Shown one piece after another: positions 32,807 to 47,290 of a stretch of DNA of 64,000 nt. The DNA is taken from positions 32,674,001 through 32,738,000 of the forward strand of contig NC_083286.1 of NCBI RefSeq assembly GCF_963506605.1, given 5' to 3'. The translations under genes were made by a program, and so were the position numbers. The notes under the pieces are model-generated. The model was given only the letters and a program-made list of their open reading frames with translations. It was not told the origin of the DNA and made no database searches. This stretch comes from Zootoca vivipara (Eukaryota). Numbering within the stretch: position 1 is the first letter of the stretch; each line of letters starts with the position of its first letter.

Positions 32807-33705
32807 ATTGTATATTGTCTCCCTGCTTATTTAACTTATATGCAGAATTCATCATGCGAAAGGCTGGACTAGATGAATCCCAAGCAGGAATTAAGATTGC
32901 CGGAAGAAATATCAACAACCTCAGATATGCAGATGACACAACCTTGATGGCAGAAAGTGAGGAGGAATTAAATAACCTTTTAATGAGGGTAAAAGAGGAG
33001 AGCGCAAAATATGGTCTGAAGCTCAACATCAAAAAAACCAAGATCATGGCCACTGGTCCCATCACCTCCTGGCAAATAGAAGGGGAAGAAATGGAGGCAG
33101 TGAGAGATTTTACTTTCTTGGGCTCCTTGATCACTGCAGATGGTGACAGCAGTCATGAAATTAAAAGACGCCTGCTTCTTGGGAGAAAAGCAATGACAAA
33201 CCTAGACAGCATCTTAAAAAGCAGAGACATCACCTTGCCAACAAAGGTCCGTATAGTTAAAGCTATGGTTTTCCCAGTAGTGATGTATGGAAGTGAGAGC
33301 TGGACCATAAAGAAGGCTGATCGCCGAAGAATTGATGCTTTTGAATTATGGTGCTGGAGGAGACTCTTGAGAGTCCCATGGACTGCTAGAAGATCAAACC
33401 TATCCATTCTTAAGGAAATCAGCCCTGAGTGCTCCCTGGAAGGACAGATTATGAAGCTGAGGCTCCAATACTTTGGCCACCTCATGAGAAGAGAAGAATC
33501 CTTGGAAAAGACCCTGATGTTGGGAAAGATTGAGGGCACTAGGAGAAGGGGACGACAGAGGACAAGATGGTTGGACAGTGTTCTCGAAGCTACGAACATG
33601 AGTTTGACCAAACTACGGGAGGCAGTGGAAGACAGGAGTGCCTGGCGTGCTATGGTCCATGGGGTCACGAAGAGTCGGACACGACTAAACGACTAAACAA
33701 CAACA
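32807..33705 (+). mobile_element. RTE-BovB LINE, 5'-truncated; RT C-terminal frame intact (32815-33696)
   Basis: LRYADDTTL RT motif, (CAA)n tail, 12-bp TSD ATAATTACAACA. Confidence 0.95.
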
Positions 33706-36700
33706 ATAATTACAACATTAGTGCTTTAGTTATGAGAAAGGATTGAACATTTAAGTTCTGTAGTGGAAAAAGAAGCACGTTAGCTGTAATACCATAGATC
33801 AATTGTTTGTATTGATTGCTTAAGGTAACAGTTTAAAAATCTATTTCATTATACATAATAAGCCTTTTTAATATGGAGTGTTTAATTATAATTAGTGACT
33901 ATGCATACAGCAATATAATTCTGCATTGGAAGATCTATTTTCAAATTTATTATATGACTTGTCTTTTAGCATCTTGAAAGGAAGATCTTCACTGATGTGC
34001 ACTGGGCAGCTTAATATTTTACTACCGTAAATGTATTTATTGTCCTCTGTACCATTTGGAGGCCTCCTCACGTTTTAGGCTTTCTTGTCTTTGGTGCTGT
34101 ATGAGCGCGCACACACACACACCTCTAGAAATGAGCAAAAAAAAAAGGTATTTCATAAACACTGCATGAATTGCAGATTCCTAATAAATTTGCTTCTAAA
34201 GTGCTACAGTGTGTTTTGCCCTTATAGACTAACATGGCTCCTGTTCTGAAATGTGCTTGCATACATCTGCAGTTAAGGTTGCTTCACAATGGCAGTGAGG
34301 GATATGAGGGCATTCTGCCACTAGATGCCACTCTTAAGATGCTGAGAAAAATTCAGAGGCGGAGTATGGGCTGTTGACTGTAAAATGTTCAGAGCTTCTT
34401 TAGTGGAAAATCCCTTGGAATTGTTTGATGTAAGGGGTTGAATTGATCAAGCTTGATGCATTGAAGGACTAAATGTCTCCCATTTACTTCAAGGCATGCC
34501 AAACTGCTTCTGTCTCTAGAAGAGAAGACTGCTCCTGCTGAGTCTTGAAGGATTTGTAAGATATATTTTTTTGCTTCCCCGCAAGAAAATACACAGAATG
34601 GAAGAACAATTGAGATACATATATTTGGAAAGAACCGTAGAGAGGCTCGTTCAGACACATTCAGTCAACTGAGAGTGGGGTTTTCCCAATGCTGCTGAAG
34701 GCAACAACAAATCAGAAAAGGGGACTTCAGGGAGGTTTTCAGTGAGCTAAAGGAAGTAGTTAAGACAGCAGGTTTATTGTTTAATGGCATGGAAAAAAAG
34801 TTTACTTGGAACAAGGGAAGGAGGGGAATTATCAGTCAAGAGCAAGTATGTTTAACAAAAAAAAAAAGTCATAGCAATGATCTTAACATGAAAATATACA
34901 AAAACTGGACTCACAAAATAGTGGCACAAACCAAAATATAATGATAATTCAAACCTCAGGAGGAAGTTCGTTTAATGTCCACATAATTTGTTTACATAAA
35001 CCTCCTGTTCTACTCTGCTACTTGCAAATTTAACCATCTTGGAATGAATTTCACAATAAGGAGCAGAAGGGGACCCCAAGGCTAAACAATGCAGACGTGT
35101 TAGGAAAACCAAGGGCCCCACCCCCTAACCCTTTGGCACCTCACTTTGAATCAAACTCAGCTAGAGTGAGCAGAGCTTTCTCGCAAGCCGCTGGCAGCAC
35201 AATCCTGTTTACGCAGTTAAACAGAAGAAAGAACTACCATGTTCAATGGGGCTTAGTCCCTGATAAGTGTTCACGGGACTCCAGTATGAAGCTGCTTCTA
35301 GCACTTGCCTGTGTCTCTTGGGCTTCCAAACAACAGAATCTATTCACTTCACTGCAGTTGCAGAAGCCAGCATTTGGAATCAGGAAGCAAATACACCACA
35401 ATCTACAACTGCTCGTTTAGTGCCCATTCGTTCAGCTGCTCTTCCTCACAATTCAAGCCCATTTTGAGTTGTTTTGTTTTTTACCTATGAAGTCCTAAAT
35501 TATCTGAGGCCTGAATATTTTATGGACCATCTAATCCTGTATGAACCTATCCACTCACTTAGATTGTCTTCAAAGACTCTGCTGCATATTCCCCAGGCAT
35601 TCTACTGACAGTGCATATCACACAATGCAGGGCCTTTCTCAGTTGTGGCACCTAGACTATAGAACACCCTCTCAAGGACTCACATGCCCCCTCACCGGTC
35701 AGCTGTAGAGCACAAGTTAAAAACCCTATTTTAGATAGTATTTGGGATAATTATCAATTACATTTTGCTTTATTGTTGCTGCATGATTGTTTCACATGAG
35801 CTTTTTTCATTCTTGCTAAGGCACCTTGCAGATCCTCATGAATGCGAAGAACGGATATAACCATTTTAAATAGATAACTTTACCTCCTCCATCCTCACTC
35901 CTAGTGTTTCTGGGCGTGTGCATTTCATTTATACTGGACATGCTTCTTGTACTCATCGGCTTACAACTTCCATTAGATAAAACGAGTCACATATCAAAGT
36001 GCTCATTGTTGACTCTCTGTGGTATTAGGTTACATCTTAAATGGATGGGAGCACTTTATATACATAATTTGCAAATAAAGTCCGGCATGCATATAAGCTA
36101 TTAGGCCACTTACATGGCTGCTGGCCAGGAAAAAAGAAGAAAAACCCACTCTGCACACACCACAGTTGTTTGAAGCATCGTCGTTAATTGCTTTCTTTCT
36201 AGTGTTCGGTCTCCCACCTGCCCAGTTCTGGTCAGGGATTATGGAGCCAAACCCAAAGCACGTACTCTGCACTCTCAGGTCCACACAGAATATGCTACAG
36301 GACAGAGCAGAAGTGGGAGAGGTGGGTCATCGCAGGAAGTGTCTCCTGACTAGGCCAACTTTCAACACACCCTTGCAAACTCAGAAACACAACTGGTCTG
36401 CTATCTTAAGGAGGTAAGTCTGAAGAGGGGTCAACGTGTTTTTGGATGGCCTTGTCCCTGATCTTGTACCGTACCTCTAAGACACAGCATAGGCCAGGAG
36501 CAATTCTCTGCTCCTTTTCCCAGCTCCAGAATTAAGCTGGAGAGAGATGTGGATCTTTGGTGAAAGAACAAGCTCCAGCTGCTCTCCAGCTTTGAGTTGA
36601 AAATGGTATCAAGGCTGCTCCCCACAATTACATATCCTGTGCACAAAAGCTAACCACTTATTTCTGTCATCTCTGCGGGAAAACTGCTGTTGCACTCATG

Positions 36701-39233
36701 TCCTGCTTGAAAGAAACCAGAAAGAGGCAATGATAACCATCCCTGGTCATTGTTATCTCATTTTAATTGACAGAAAACCCTCAAAAAGTCAGGTGCAAGT
36801 TACTAGGGGAGGCTGGATCTCCTCTATGATACACTGCCCAGATGACAGGACAAGCCAACGATTGCGATCAGCAAAATCACATGATGAAGTTCTTGCTGCA
36901 CGGTAACTCTTCTATGTTTTGGGGGCTCAGTGAAACATAGATGGAGGAAGGAACCACTGCCACTCATTTCACAGCAGGAATTAAGACGTCATCTCCTGGC
37001 CAGTCCTCTGCTTGTCAAAAAGTTTGTTTTCAGAGAGAAGCCCAGCAAATAAGCTAAGCAGAGCGAGAGGTAAGTTGCATTAATATGCATGGTTAAGAGA
37101 CAAACTGCCACTCTTATTTTGAAAAATCCTCAAATGCCTTATGACCAAGCAAAGTGTAGAAAACAGTGAACAATTTTTTTAGTCCAGCTAGTCAAATATT
37201 AAGCAAGGTAGTGGTGGGATGGGTTTATATGTGAAAGGACCATGAGCTCAGTTCTTCTATGGAAAACAAAGCCCTAGGTTGAAATGGGAGCACTTTTTTC
37301 ATTAATGATATGTCTGTCCTCCCTTTTCAAGGCACTAGTTTGCACTTGTGCCCTGTTGGTGGACCTGGGGGGTTCTAGGGGTGGGGGGAAGCAAAGCATG
37401 CCATAAAACTGAACCCGAGTGGTGTGGCACAGCCTCCCAGGCAGAATCCTGAACAAAGTGGTGATGCCCTGTGCATGCGGTTACTGTATAGGGAAAGTGT
37501 GTTTCACGACTAGAGGTGTTTTTCCACAAGGAGTCTGGGTTCATACCTGAGTGTTCATAGCAAAAAGCACAGGTGGAGAGTTCCTGGGATATCCTGAGTT
37601 AATTAACTGTCATGCCACAGGGTGAAAGCCCAGCAATAGTGACATCTCTTCTCATCTGGTCTATTTTTAGCAAGATGTTCTTGCCTTTGCTGAAAGGGGT
37701 GAACATGGAAGTTCTCGGAAATGCAGAAAAAGGAATACTCTTGACCTAATTAACACAGTCTATTAGCAATGTGCCCTCATTCTTGCTGAGAAAGGGACAG
37801 GCTTGGGCTTCTCAAGAAGTGTGAAAGGGTGCTTAATTTAATTAGGTGTGTGCTTGCTGGTTGATACTCATTTATTACTAATGGGAGATTATTGGCTGAA
37901 TTAAGGGTTTAGCTTGCATGTAGAAGCGGTACTGGATTCAGGATTTAATTGGGGCAAGGTGCAGACTCTTGCTTATGAATGGCATGTGCCTGGGAGGGGA
38001 TTATTATTGGCTCAAGGCACAAGGGTTTCCCTCTCCACCACAGCTATACTTTCACCACTAAGAACCAAACAAATTACATAGGCTTGGGTCATGTACAGAG
38101 TTCAAACTGGACAGAGCTTCCTTGTAACATGCATTTAAGGCTTTTTATTTAACAGTCCAGTGAAGCTTTCTGTTATCACGTAGCTAATCTAGGCTAGCCA
38201 ACTACACACCAGCCCTGCCCCGTCCCCCATGAAAAGAAAAGGATATGCATCATCAAGGAGTAGCTGAAAAGAAGATCGCAATTTGCATACAACTTGCAAA
38301 CACCAATTTATGTGTATAGATGCAAATTTAGAAGATGTTAACTATAATTGCAATTGAAATATGCTACATATTGTCATAATGGGGCAGGCTGACCAGGGAC
38401 CTGTGTGCATTCTGTCTGCTATGCAGGTGCTGCTGCTGGGCAATTTCAAGACCCCTGCTCCCTTTTTTCATGGCTTATTTTATTCATACTGGACTTGCCT
38501 TTCAAATAGAGGACTGTCCTCTATAAAATAGGACACACGAGCTTCTTAGGCTCAACTCAGTGTTGTTTTGATTGAGTTTCAATCAATACTAGGTTAGAAA
38601 CTAGACTGGCAGACTTCCAGCTCCAACCTCTTGTTCATATTTATACACCTGGTCTACAAATCAGGAATGTTGATGAGTGTTAGAAGGAGTTAAGATAGAA
38701 AAATAAAATAAATAGGTTGTCATTTTCATTCGTTCTCTCCTTTTAAATCCCTTTGTTTTATAATCTTACATGTAGGGATGGGGGCTACATAAAAATTAAT
38801 AGCAGAGGAGCTATTTATTAGGTGTAAAACCATTTTTATATTAAGGTCAAGCAACTGGATCATTTTTAAACATTTACTTTGGCTTCAAAGGCCCTACTTT
38901 GGCTTCCTTGAGGCAACATTTATTTTCCACGCAGTAAAAAGTGTGAACTTGACTCAGCTGGCAGGAAGTAATGCAAAGATACACAAATGCTCTCACTGGC
39001 AGACTCTAGGTGATCTCTGTTGGGCAAAAGAAGGTTTTGCTTGAAGTATAGAGTTAGCTGTTTCAGTTTAACAAGTGGAGACCTCTGCCTTTTCTTTTTA
39101 AAAACAACAGCAGGGAATCTCTCTTATTCTTGCCCTCTCTTGTTCACAGACACTCTGCTGCCAGCCAGTTCTTTCTCCTTGCCTGAACAGAACACATAGC
39201 AGCCAGTTTACATTCGCAGAAGAAGAGTCCCAC

Positions 39234-39592
39234 TTGTTGTTGTTGTTTAGTCGTTTAGTCGTGTCCAACTCTTCGTGACCCCATGGACCAGAGCACGCCA
39301 GGCACTCCTGTCTTCCACTGCCTCCCGCAGTTTGGTCAGACTCATGTTGGTGGCTTCGAGAACACTGTCCAGCCATCTCGTCCTCTGTCGTCCCCTTCTC
39401 CTTGTGCCCTCCATCTTTCCCAACATCAGGGTCTTTTCCAGGGAGTCTTCTCTTCTCATGAGGTGGCCAAAGTATTGGAGCCTCAGCTTCAGGATCTGTC
39501 CTTCCAGTGAGCACTCAGGGCTGATTTCCTTCAGAATGGATAAGTTTGATCTTCTTGCAGTACATGGGATTCTCAAGAGTCTCCTCCAGCAC
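39234..39592 (-). mobile_element. RTE-BovB LINE short 3' fragment
   Basis: Nearly identical to the 3' end of 32807-33705; (CAA)n tail. Confidence 0.93.
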
Positions 39593-42500
39593 CTGCTTCA
39601 AAGTTTTATTGATGATTCCAGTGCAGTGAATGATTAGTTGTGATTATGTTGTGATTAGTTGTGACTTTCTTATGCATTCTATACCATAAGGACCCAGGGT
39701 GGGTTACAACAACAGAAGATACAATTATAAAGGTACAAATAAAACAATCAAAATGCTAAAAAATGTTCCAAATGGAAGAGTTCTAATTTATACAGCTGCA
39801 ACCTCAGTTCCTGAAAGCGCACATATAAGCGATATGCCTTTGAAACCTTCAAATAGTGCAATTGTAGTGCAACAAACTCTCACGCTTTGAATATTTCTCC
39901 CTGGAAGTGCAACTTTCCTCACTTCTTGTCATCTGGAACTATCCCAAATGTACCCTCTTATTAGTACTGTTACATATGTAAAAACAACTATTGCATTTTG
40001 GAGCACTGCAGGTTATTAAAAATTAGGGCATGTTTTCCTTTGCCTCTTATCCCATTTAGTACTAGCACCTTGATTACAGCCATATTTCCCCAAAGCTGCA
40101 CCTGCTACAACCTGGTATGCTTGATGCCTGGCCCAGTTCATATATAACAACTTACTTCAGCTCACCTCCTTTCCCTTTTCATTGCATTTCCATTTTATTT
40201 TAACATCTTGCTTTCCTCTTCATCTTCTTCTATATTGTTCCTCAGCTTCCTGCTTTTGTGTTTGAAAACAGAGCACTGAATTTTCAATAACCTCCGCAGA
40301 AGCCCAAGACAAATGACATTATTTAATGATTAGAATAGCTTCTTTTCTTCCTGTTTTTTACCACCAAAATGTGTAACACGTGCTTTTCAAAACTTTGCTA
40401 TTTTCTTACTTTAGCGCCTTTTTCCCTCATTTTCTTTCAGTGTTTACTGTTAGGTTATAATGAAAAATCTTGAATAAATTACTCATGAGGAGTGTGCTGT
40501 CAAGAAAATGTTGAAATATTATTGGTGGCTACACCACAATGATGAAATCTTTGGCTCTGGAGGTCTGCCAAAAGTTGAGGAGGAGTATTTTCTAGGAACG
40601 ATGGCTGCAATAATCACCATACTTTTAAGACACACACCCTACACAAATAATATTGAGAACTGTAATTTGTTAAGGCTATTGGGAATCATAGCTCTGTGGG
40701 GGTGAACTACACACCCCATGATTCTGGGGGGGGGGGCTGTGCTTTAAATCCTTGGTTTTTACGCAGCCTAAGCAACCTTTCTGTCTGGACTAGCATTTGG
40801 TCACTGGAGCTGAAGCTGCTAGTATTTTACTGACTATATTGTATATACTTGGTATCTTAACTTTTTGGAATGCTTCTTTTCTTCAGTTTGCAAGATAGTG
40901 TGAGGTACAAATATATACACACATCAGAATTTATATTATCGTTTTCTGCTCTTCTGAGAAAATTGAGAGTTGGAAAACCATCATTTACAGGTTACATTGT
41001 TCCATTGTTACTGCCAAGTAGGAATAACACAGTAACCTACCAGGTCTAACTATACAAGTTCTGAAGTACAGTACTAGTGAATTTGGCAATAAACCAATTA
41101 AAAGTACACAAAGAAAAGAACTTGTAAATGCTTTTTCCTGCAAATACTGGGTTGTTTCTGAAGTATTTAAGCTGTTAGTTTAAAAGGATGGTTAATAAGT
41201 CATTTTTACTGATGTAAATAACCCTTTAGATGTGTTTTGTGGATATTTATATATTCATAAAATTGCATGTGTTGCTGTTGTTTTAAAAATAAGCAATATC
41301 CCTAGCTCACTGCAACCACAATTTTTAAATAGGATGCCTATACCCTTAGGTACTTCCAGATTACAATATCCACATATTTTACTTTGTACTGTGCCCCATC
41401 CAATACCAGTCACAGGTCTGTTGCTGATTAATAGCTGGGTTTATGTACTTTAAAATATTCAGAATGGTTTAATCTTTCCACTGCACAATGTGGGGGGAGA
41501 TGTATTCCACAGAGGTGTATGTATTATAGCTGGAGCATTGCATATTTCTCATCTGGAAAAGCCTTGTCTGGTAAGGTCCCTACTTTCTCTGTTTCAAAAT
41601 GCTTCTTGTTTATCTTATCATTTTCTGTTGCTAGAAGTTAAGCTAGGATGCTTGTCAATACTGAGCGGCCACTGAAAACAGGTCTATCAGCTGCAGAGGC
41701 AGATGACAATTTGAACATTAAAGTTTGCTTCTCAAAACAAGAGCAGGAAGGGAACACTGTCAGTTAAGAGAACCTCTGGAGTTATGTTGGGGAGAAAGCA
41801 TTTAAGCAGCCCTCTGTGCAGCTACCCATTTGCCATATGCACTGCAAAAGGCAATGTGGTTTCAAAAGGCAAAATGCCATGCTTTCAGCAAGGCAACCTG
41901 GGTGTCTGCAGTAATGAACGAAACAGGGGGAAATGTTTGCACAGCATGGAATAGCATCCTTATGTTTCCTTCCAGTCCGTGACATTCCTCCTCCTCTTCT
42001 TCTTCTTTTTTAGTTTTGTTAAAAAATAAAATCTTGAAAAGAGATACAAATTAGCTTTGCTAGAGAAACTTCTCTGGGAGGGAGGAAAATGAAGAAGCCA
42101 TAGAAGAAATGTTTTCTTGGTCTCAATTCCTGCTTCGCAGCTATGAATGACTAGTTGAATTATGACCTAACATGAATAAAAAGGCACTCAAATGGCTTGA
42201 ATCACTAGTATAAAGTTATAGTTTTCAGAAAATGGGTTTTGTTGGTTGTTGCCAGTGATGAAGATACACCATTGAACAGCTGACTTATTGTTAGATCTTT
42301 TTGCATCAGAATAGAAAAAGAATTAAATAGTTTGGATCTCCTAAAATATGTAAACAGCAGTTCTACATTTTCACTGATGGCTATAACCAAACTAGAACTT
42401 CTTAATCTGAAAACACTGGCATTAAGCCACTGGGTAAATTCCTCATACTTAAGGAAAATCCCAGGTGACTGTCTGAACTCTATTGAACCAGGAGAAGGGT

Positions 42501-44409
42501 AATGGAACTGTGCCAAACATCTTGCCCTCATAAATGGAACATATAAAACTGTATCATTTTCTTGAGAAATAGCACTCCTTTAAAAGTGAAAAATATTGGC
42601 AAAATAAAAGGCTGTGCATACTCTAGACAAAAACAAAAAACGAATCCAAAATTTGCATGAAACCAAACGCTGTTACTCACACAAATAATACAAATCGTTT
42701 ATTTGTTTGCTTTGTGTAATTTATTTTGCTTTTAGATGTGAGAGGAGGGAACTGTACAAAACACTTCATTGTGTAGCTTGCAATCCTGTTCTCTTTCGTT
42801 CAGACATCAAAAGTTAATGCTGGAACATATACTTTGCATGCAGAAGGTTCCAGCTTCTCCATTTAAAAAAAAGTTGTTTTAACAGGCGCTGTGAAAAGAC
42901 CTCTCTTTTTCTGATACCATGGAGAGTCACTACCACTAAGAGTACACAATGCTGGGCTACATGGACTAAGGCAAAGTTCAGATGCAATATCCCTAGCTTC
43001 ATCAACCATTTATCTGAACTGGTTTAAGTCATCTGTTCCTATCCTATTATATAGCCCTCCCCAACTTGGTGCACTCTAGATGTCTAGGACTCCAACTCCC
43101 ATCGGGCCGAGTCAAAATGTCCAAGGGTCACTTGAGTTCATAACATCTGGAGGGAGCCACGTTGGGAAACACAGCTCCTAATATTCTTGCACGGAACAGT
43201 TGCCCCCCCCCCCAAACACACCACTAGCAGGTAGCCAAGAACAAACCCTAGCTTCTACTAGTGGTTTGTTTGGTTAAAACAGACCAGAAGCCTGGGTTCA
43301 CATCGGCCAGTGCAGTCTGGGGTGGGCACACCCCTGAGGGGGAAAGGCATGGAGGGCACCCTCCCTTGCACCACAGTTCAGGGTAGGAGAGGGGTGTTTG
43401 TGCCCCCTCTCAAAATTGCGCTTGGGGCCATGGCCCTCACAGCACCCCCCACGCTACGCCTCTGGTACACATGCCAGACTGTGGCTTGTTTCCTGCTTGG
43501 TGCATCAGGAGCAGGGGAGGAGTGAAGCACAAACGTTTGAACAGCACACATAAACTTCCTGTGCATTAACAATAAATTGAAGTTTATGGTTTAAAGTCAC
43601 ATGCAAACTGGGCCAGAGTAACACTTCTCACTGTGGTGGTTATATGTGGAATCCACTTAATAATAGTGGGGACTTACCTAGGTAAAGTATGGTGTGGTCT
43701 TTATTCATGAACCAAAGATTAGTACAAGCCCAAGTTAACATAAAACCCACTAAACTGCCTTGAGTGGAAGCTAAACCATTTTTTTAATATTATGAAGAAA
43801 GCTGGTGCCATATATTACCAGTTAGTGAACTTTGGAGACTTTAACTTCATCAATGCAACCCTGGAATTTTTAGTCATCTTTATATTCCTTATCGTATTAA
43901 ACTACATCCACTCAATGCAGTAACAAATACAGATTGTGTGTATGTCCAGGACAGTGGGAGGGAAACTAAGAGGTATATCTGTGCTATGATGCATCTCAGC
44001 AACGTAACTGACATTAATAGAGCAGTGGCTGATTTAAATGGAAGTGAAATTAATATCTGGACTTTTTTGCTAATTGATTTCCTATATTAATTGTTAATTA
44101 ACCTCTTGAATGGATAAGCCAGATAAACATATGTAACATGAAGACTATTACTGGGCATTTAGCAGAGTCCTAATTGAAGCGACAAGGACTTGCTAAACAG
44201 GTTTTCAATGTGCCGTAGCTGTCCCTTTTACGAAGCCTATGCTGAGGAGAAAAGCAGCACAAAGAGAAGGCAGAGGGAAAGTGACACAAAACATTGAGGG
44301 CCATTTAAAGCCAAGACAGCTTAATTTAGGGTCAACATTTAACATTACATTTTTCCTATGCTTCACTGGAGGAGGAGGAGTGTTTGGACTTGATATCCCG
44401 CCTTTCACT

Positions 44410-44614
44410 CCCCTTAAGGAGTTTCAAAGCAGCTAACAATCTCCTTTCCCTTCCTCCCCCACAACAAACACTCTGTGAGGTGAGTGAGGCTGAGAGACTT
44501 CAGAGAAGTGTGACTAGCCCAAGGTCATCCAGCAGCTGCAGGTGGAGGAGCGGGGAAGTGAACCCGGTTCACCAGATTACGAGTCCACCACTCTTAACCA
44601 CTACACCATGCTGG
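44410..44614 (-). mobile_element. tRNA-derived Squam3-type SINE
   Basis: Minus strand GCCAGCATGGTGTAGTGGTTAAGAGTGG (A box), GGTTCACTTCC (B box), core TGACCTTGGGCTAGTCAC. Confidence 0.7.
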
Positions 44615-45299
44615 CGAAGCATAACATGAAACAAACCAGGTGGGAAACTAGCAGCCATGTTTCCTGTTTCACATATAATGACAGGCTGGTGGTGAAGTTT
44701 AATTGTAGTATCAGAGAGGTACAAAGGTGAAACTGTCCTCATGCCAATCCACCTCCCTGTCCCAACAGCCTGGCTCACTTCTGGTATTGGAACAAATCTG
44801 AGGGTTAAAGTGTTTAGGTGACAGACCCTGAAAAGGTAATAAAAAGGAAGTGCTCATACTGCACAGCACCTCTGATGACAAAAATCACACACCCCTTCCT
44901 CAGTTTTTGCACTATCAGGGAAGACACATGAACAACAAATGTGATGGCCACATCATACCCAGTTTGGTCCCAAGTCAAATGTGTGCATTGCTACATGTAT
45001 TACTGTGTACAGACTACGTGAGAACTCATGGCCAGTTCTAGGTGTTCATTTGTATGAAGCCTATAAACACCATGTCTGATCATAACACACAGAGTACAGC
45101 AGCAGTTTCATGCTGATTCTTCAAGGGAAGTGTATTCTGTAATGTGTGAAGCAATCTGTGTATTTGTAACTTGTTGCTAATGGGTCTAAGCCAAGGCAAA
45201 ACAGCAGCAAGGGAACCATTTCCTACAAAATAATTCCTCTTCATAGAAGCAACTGAAACCAAAACAGAAGTTAATGTAGGGAGAAACTTTAAATTCCTT

Positions 45300-45622
45300 T
45301 GACCGATGTTGTCTTTTTGTGGATATACTTTGTGAATTACTTCAGAAATAAGTTACCCCAAACAGTTACTGTATCAAGTTTCGGGAAAGAGAAAAGGCAT
45401 TTCTTTCCTGCAAAGACCATGTATCATACTTGTTGCAATTAGAATTGCTTCCTAAGACTTGATTATAATTAACACATGAATGTTAATGAACCATTAACAT
45501 GAACCTCTGCTTAGGCTTTTTGGGGTGGTGTTGATGTTATCCTAAGTTTCCTGTCTGAGCTGAGCTACAGGACTGGTGGGACATCTTTATGCTTCGCCAC
45601 TACCCATGCTCCTGTTCAGAAT
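45300..45622 (-). other. ATG10: Candidate terminal non-coding (3'UTR) exon of ATG10; lower boundary unknown
   Basis: tcattatttctgtttcag|ATTCTG acceptor downstream of the post-stop donor at 47174. Confidence 0.4.
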
Positions 45623-46266
45623 CTGAAACAGAAATAATGAAAAGCAAAATCAAAAGTTGGGAATTGGAATAGGATGGATATATCAGCATGCACTAGACTT
45701 GCTTCAATTAAGTCGCTTCTGTGGGTTTTTTTTGTGACCTCTCGTTCAGCTACTAAAAAGGTTATTGGCAGTGTTTCAATATATTGCTTCACTGCAGAGA
45801 AAAAGTGCTCGGGTAAAAGTAGCAGGGGTGCCAACTTGGAAAAATATTGGGGGAGACAGATAAGCCCCACCCCGCATAATCAATGACATGGCACAGCACA
45901 CACCATTTGAATGGCAATACCCGCCAACTTTGGGGGACGGACCCTTCAAATATTAAAAAAGGGGGATCAGGACACTGATGTAAAGTATTCTGAATAAAAG
46001 TATAGAAGCAATAGATCTAGATAGATGAAGGTTTTTTGTTTTTTTAGCCCACCCCTCATCACATCATCTCTGGGTAGGTTACAACATAATTAAAACAACA
46101 TCAATCCTGGACAATTAAGAGCAATTGAAAAGAGCACAATAGAAAAATCATAAAAATACCCATGGAGTTGCCAACATCTCTATGATTGTAGTGGTAGCTA
46201 ACAACCCATAAACATACAAGAAAACAGATATGTCTTTGCCTGGCACCCAAATGCTGGTTGTTGTTG

Positions 46267-46516
46267 CATGGGTAGGCAAACTAAGGCCGGGGGCCGAATA
46301 CAGCTCAATCGCCTTCTCAATCCGGCCTGCGGATGGTACAGGAATCGGTGTGTTTTTACATGAGTAGAATGTATCCTTCTATTTAAAATGCATCTCTTGG
46401 TTATTTTTGGTGCGTAGGAATCCATTCATATTTTTTCCCCAAAATATAGTCTGGCCCCCCACAAGGTCTGAGGAACAGTGGACCGGCCCACTGCTGAAAA
46501 AGTTTGCTGACCCCTG
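46267..46516 (+). mobile_element. Non-autonomous hAT (Charlie-like) element
   Basis: TIRs CATGGGTAGGCAAACT / AGTTTGCTGACCCCTG; same family as 1-181. Confidence 0.78.
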
Positions 46517-47178
46517 TTACAGGGGGATGGGATTCCACAGAAGCAGCACAACTAAAGAGAAGGCCCTTCAATATATATTTAATGTGTTTTACAGTTAAGG
46601 AATGTCTACAAAACCAATTGTACGAGTCATACAACCAAATGAGAAGCAAATGACACTCTGGGCACCATTTTTACATGAAAAGTAGCATTGGGTTCTAACC
46701 CCCATTAGCCCCAGACAACATGGCAAATGACCAGATATGATAGCTGCTAAATTTCTGGATAACCACATGTTCCCCATATGTTTTACATGTGTGTGTGTGT
46801 GTGTTCATTCTTCTACAAAGTATCAGAGTGGTGTACAACAAAAGTTACAGGGGGGAAATAATTTTTTTTAAAAAAAATGGCAATAAAATATGCATAGAAA
46901 AAAAGATGATGTATCCTAAGCCAGAATGCCAACCACCGTCACAGACATCTTAGCTGGTAGATGTGAAGCACTTGTACTATAATAATCTGCAATTGCTAAC
47001 GTCAGAAATAAAAAGGATGCACAAGTTTAAGGTTTAAGGTGATGATGAAGATATTAACAAACAAAACCAGTGTTATATTTTAAGCGTTGATAAGCAGATC
47101 CAGAAGAGTATTTAACTAATTGGAAAAGAGTAACATGGCTTTTAAATATGCAATTTTAAGTAATATTTTTTTACCTCT

Positions 47179-47290
47179 TTAGTCAGCACTTGTAGTCTGC
47201 TCAGAACTGGCTTTTGCATAACTCAGAGGTAGATTGAGACCCACCATTGGGCCTACAATACTCAGCCATGAAATAATATAGTTTGTATTC
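47179..47290 (-). CDS. ATG10: ATG10 last coding exon (RNTNYIISWLSIVGPMVGLNLPLSYAKASSEQTTSAD*)
   Basis: Matches the ATG10 C-terminal motif Y-I-x-SWLSIVGP-x-VGLNLPLSYAK; ttttgctttgtag acceptor; TAA followed 4 nt later by a GT donor. Upstream exons appear to lie beyond the window end. Confidence 0.95.

Noticed and set aside
44410-44614. tRNA gene
   Set aside because: The A and B boxes belong to a tRNA-derived SINE head; no cloverleaf or pol III terminator.
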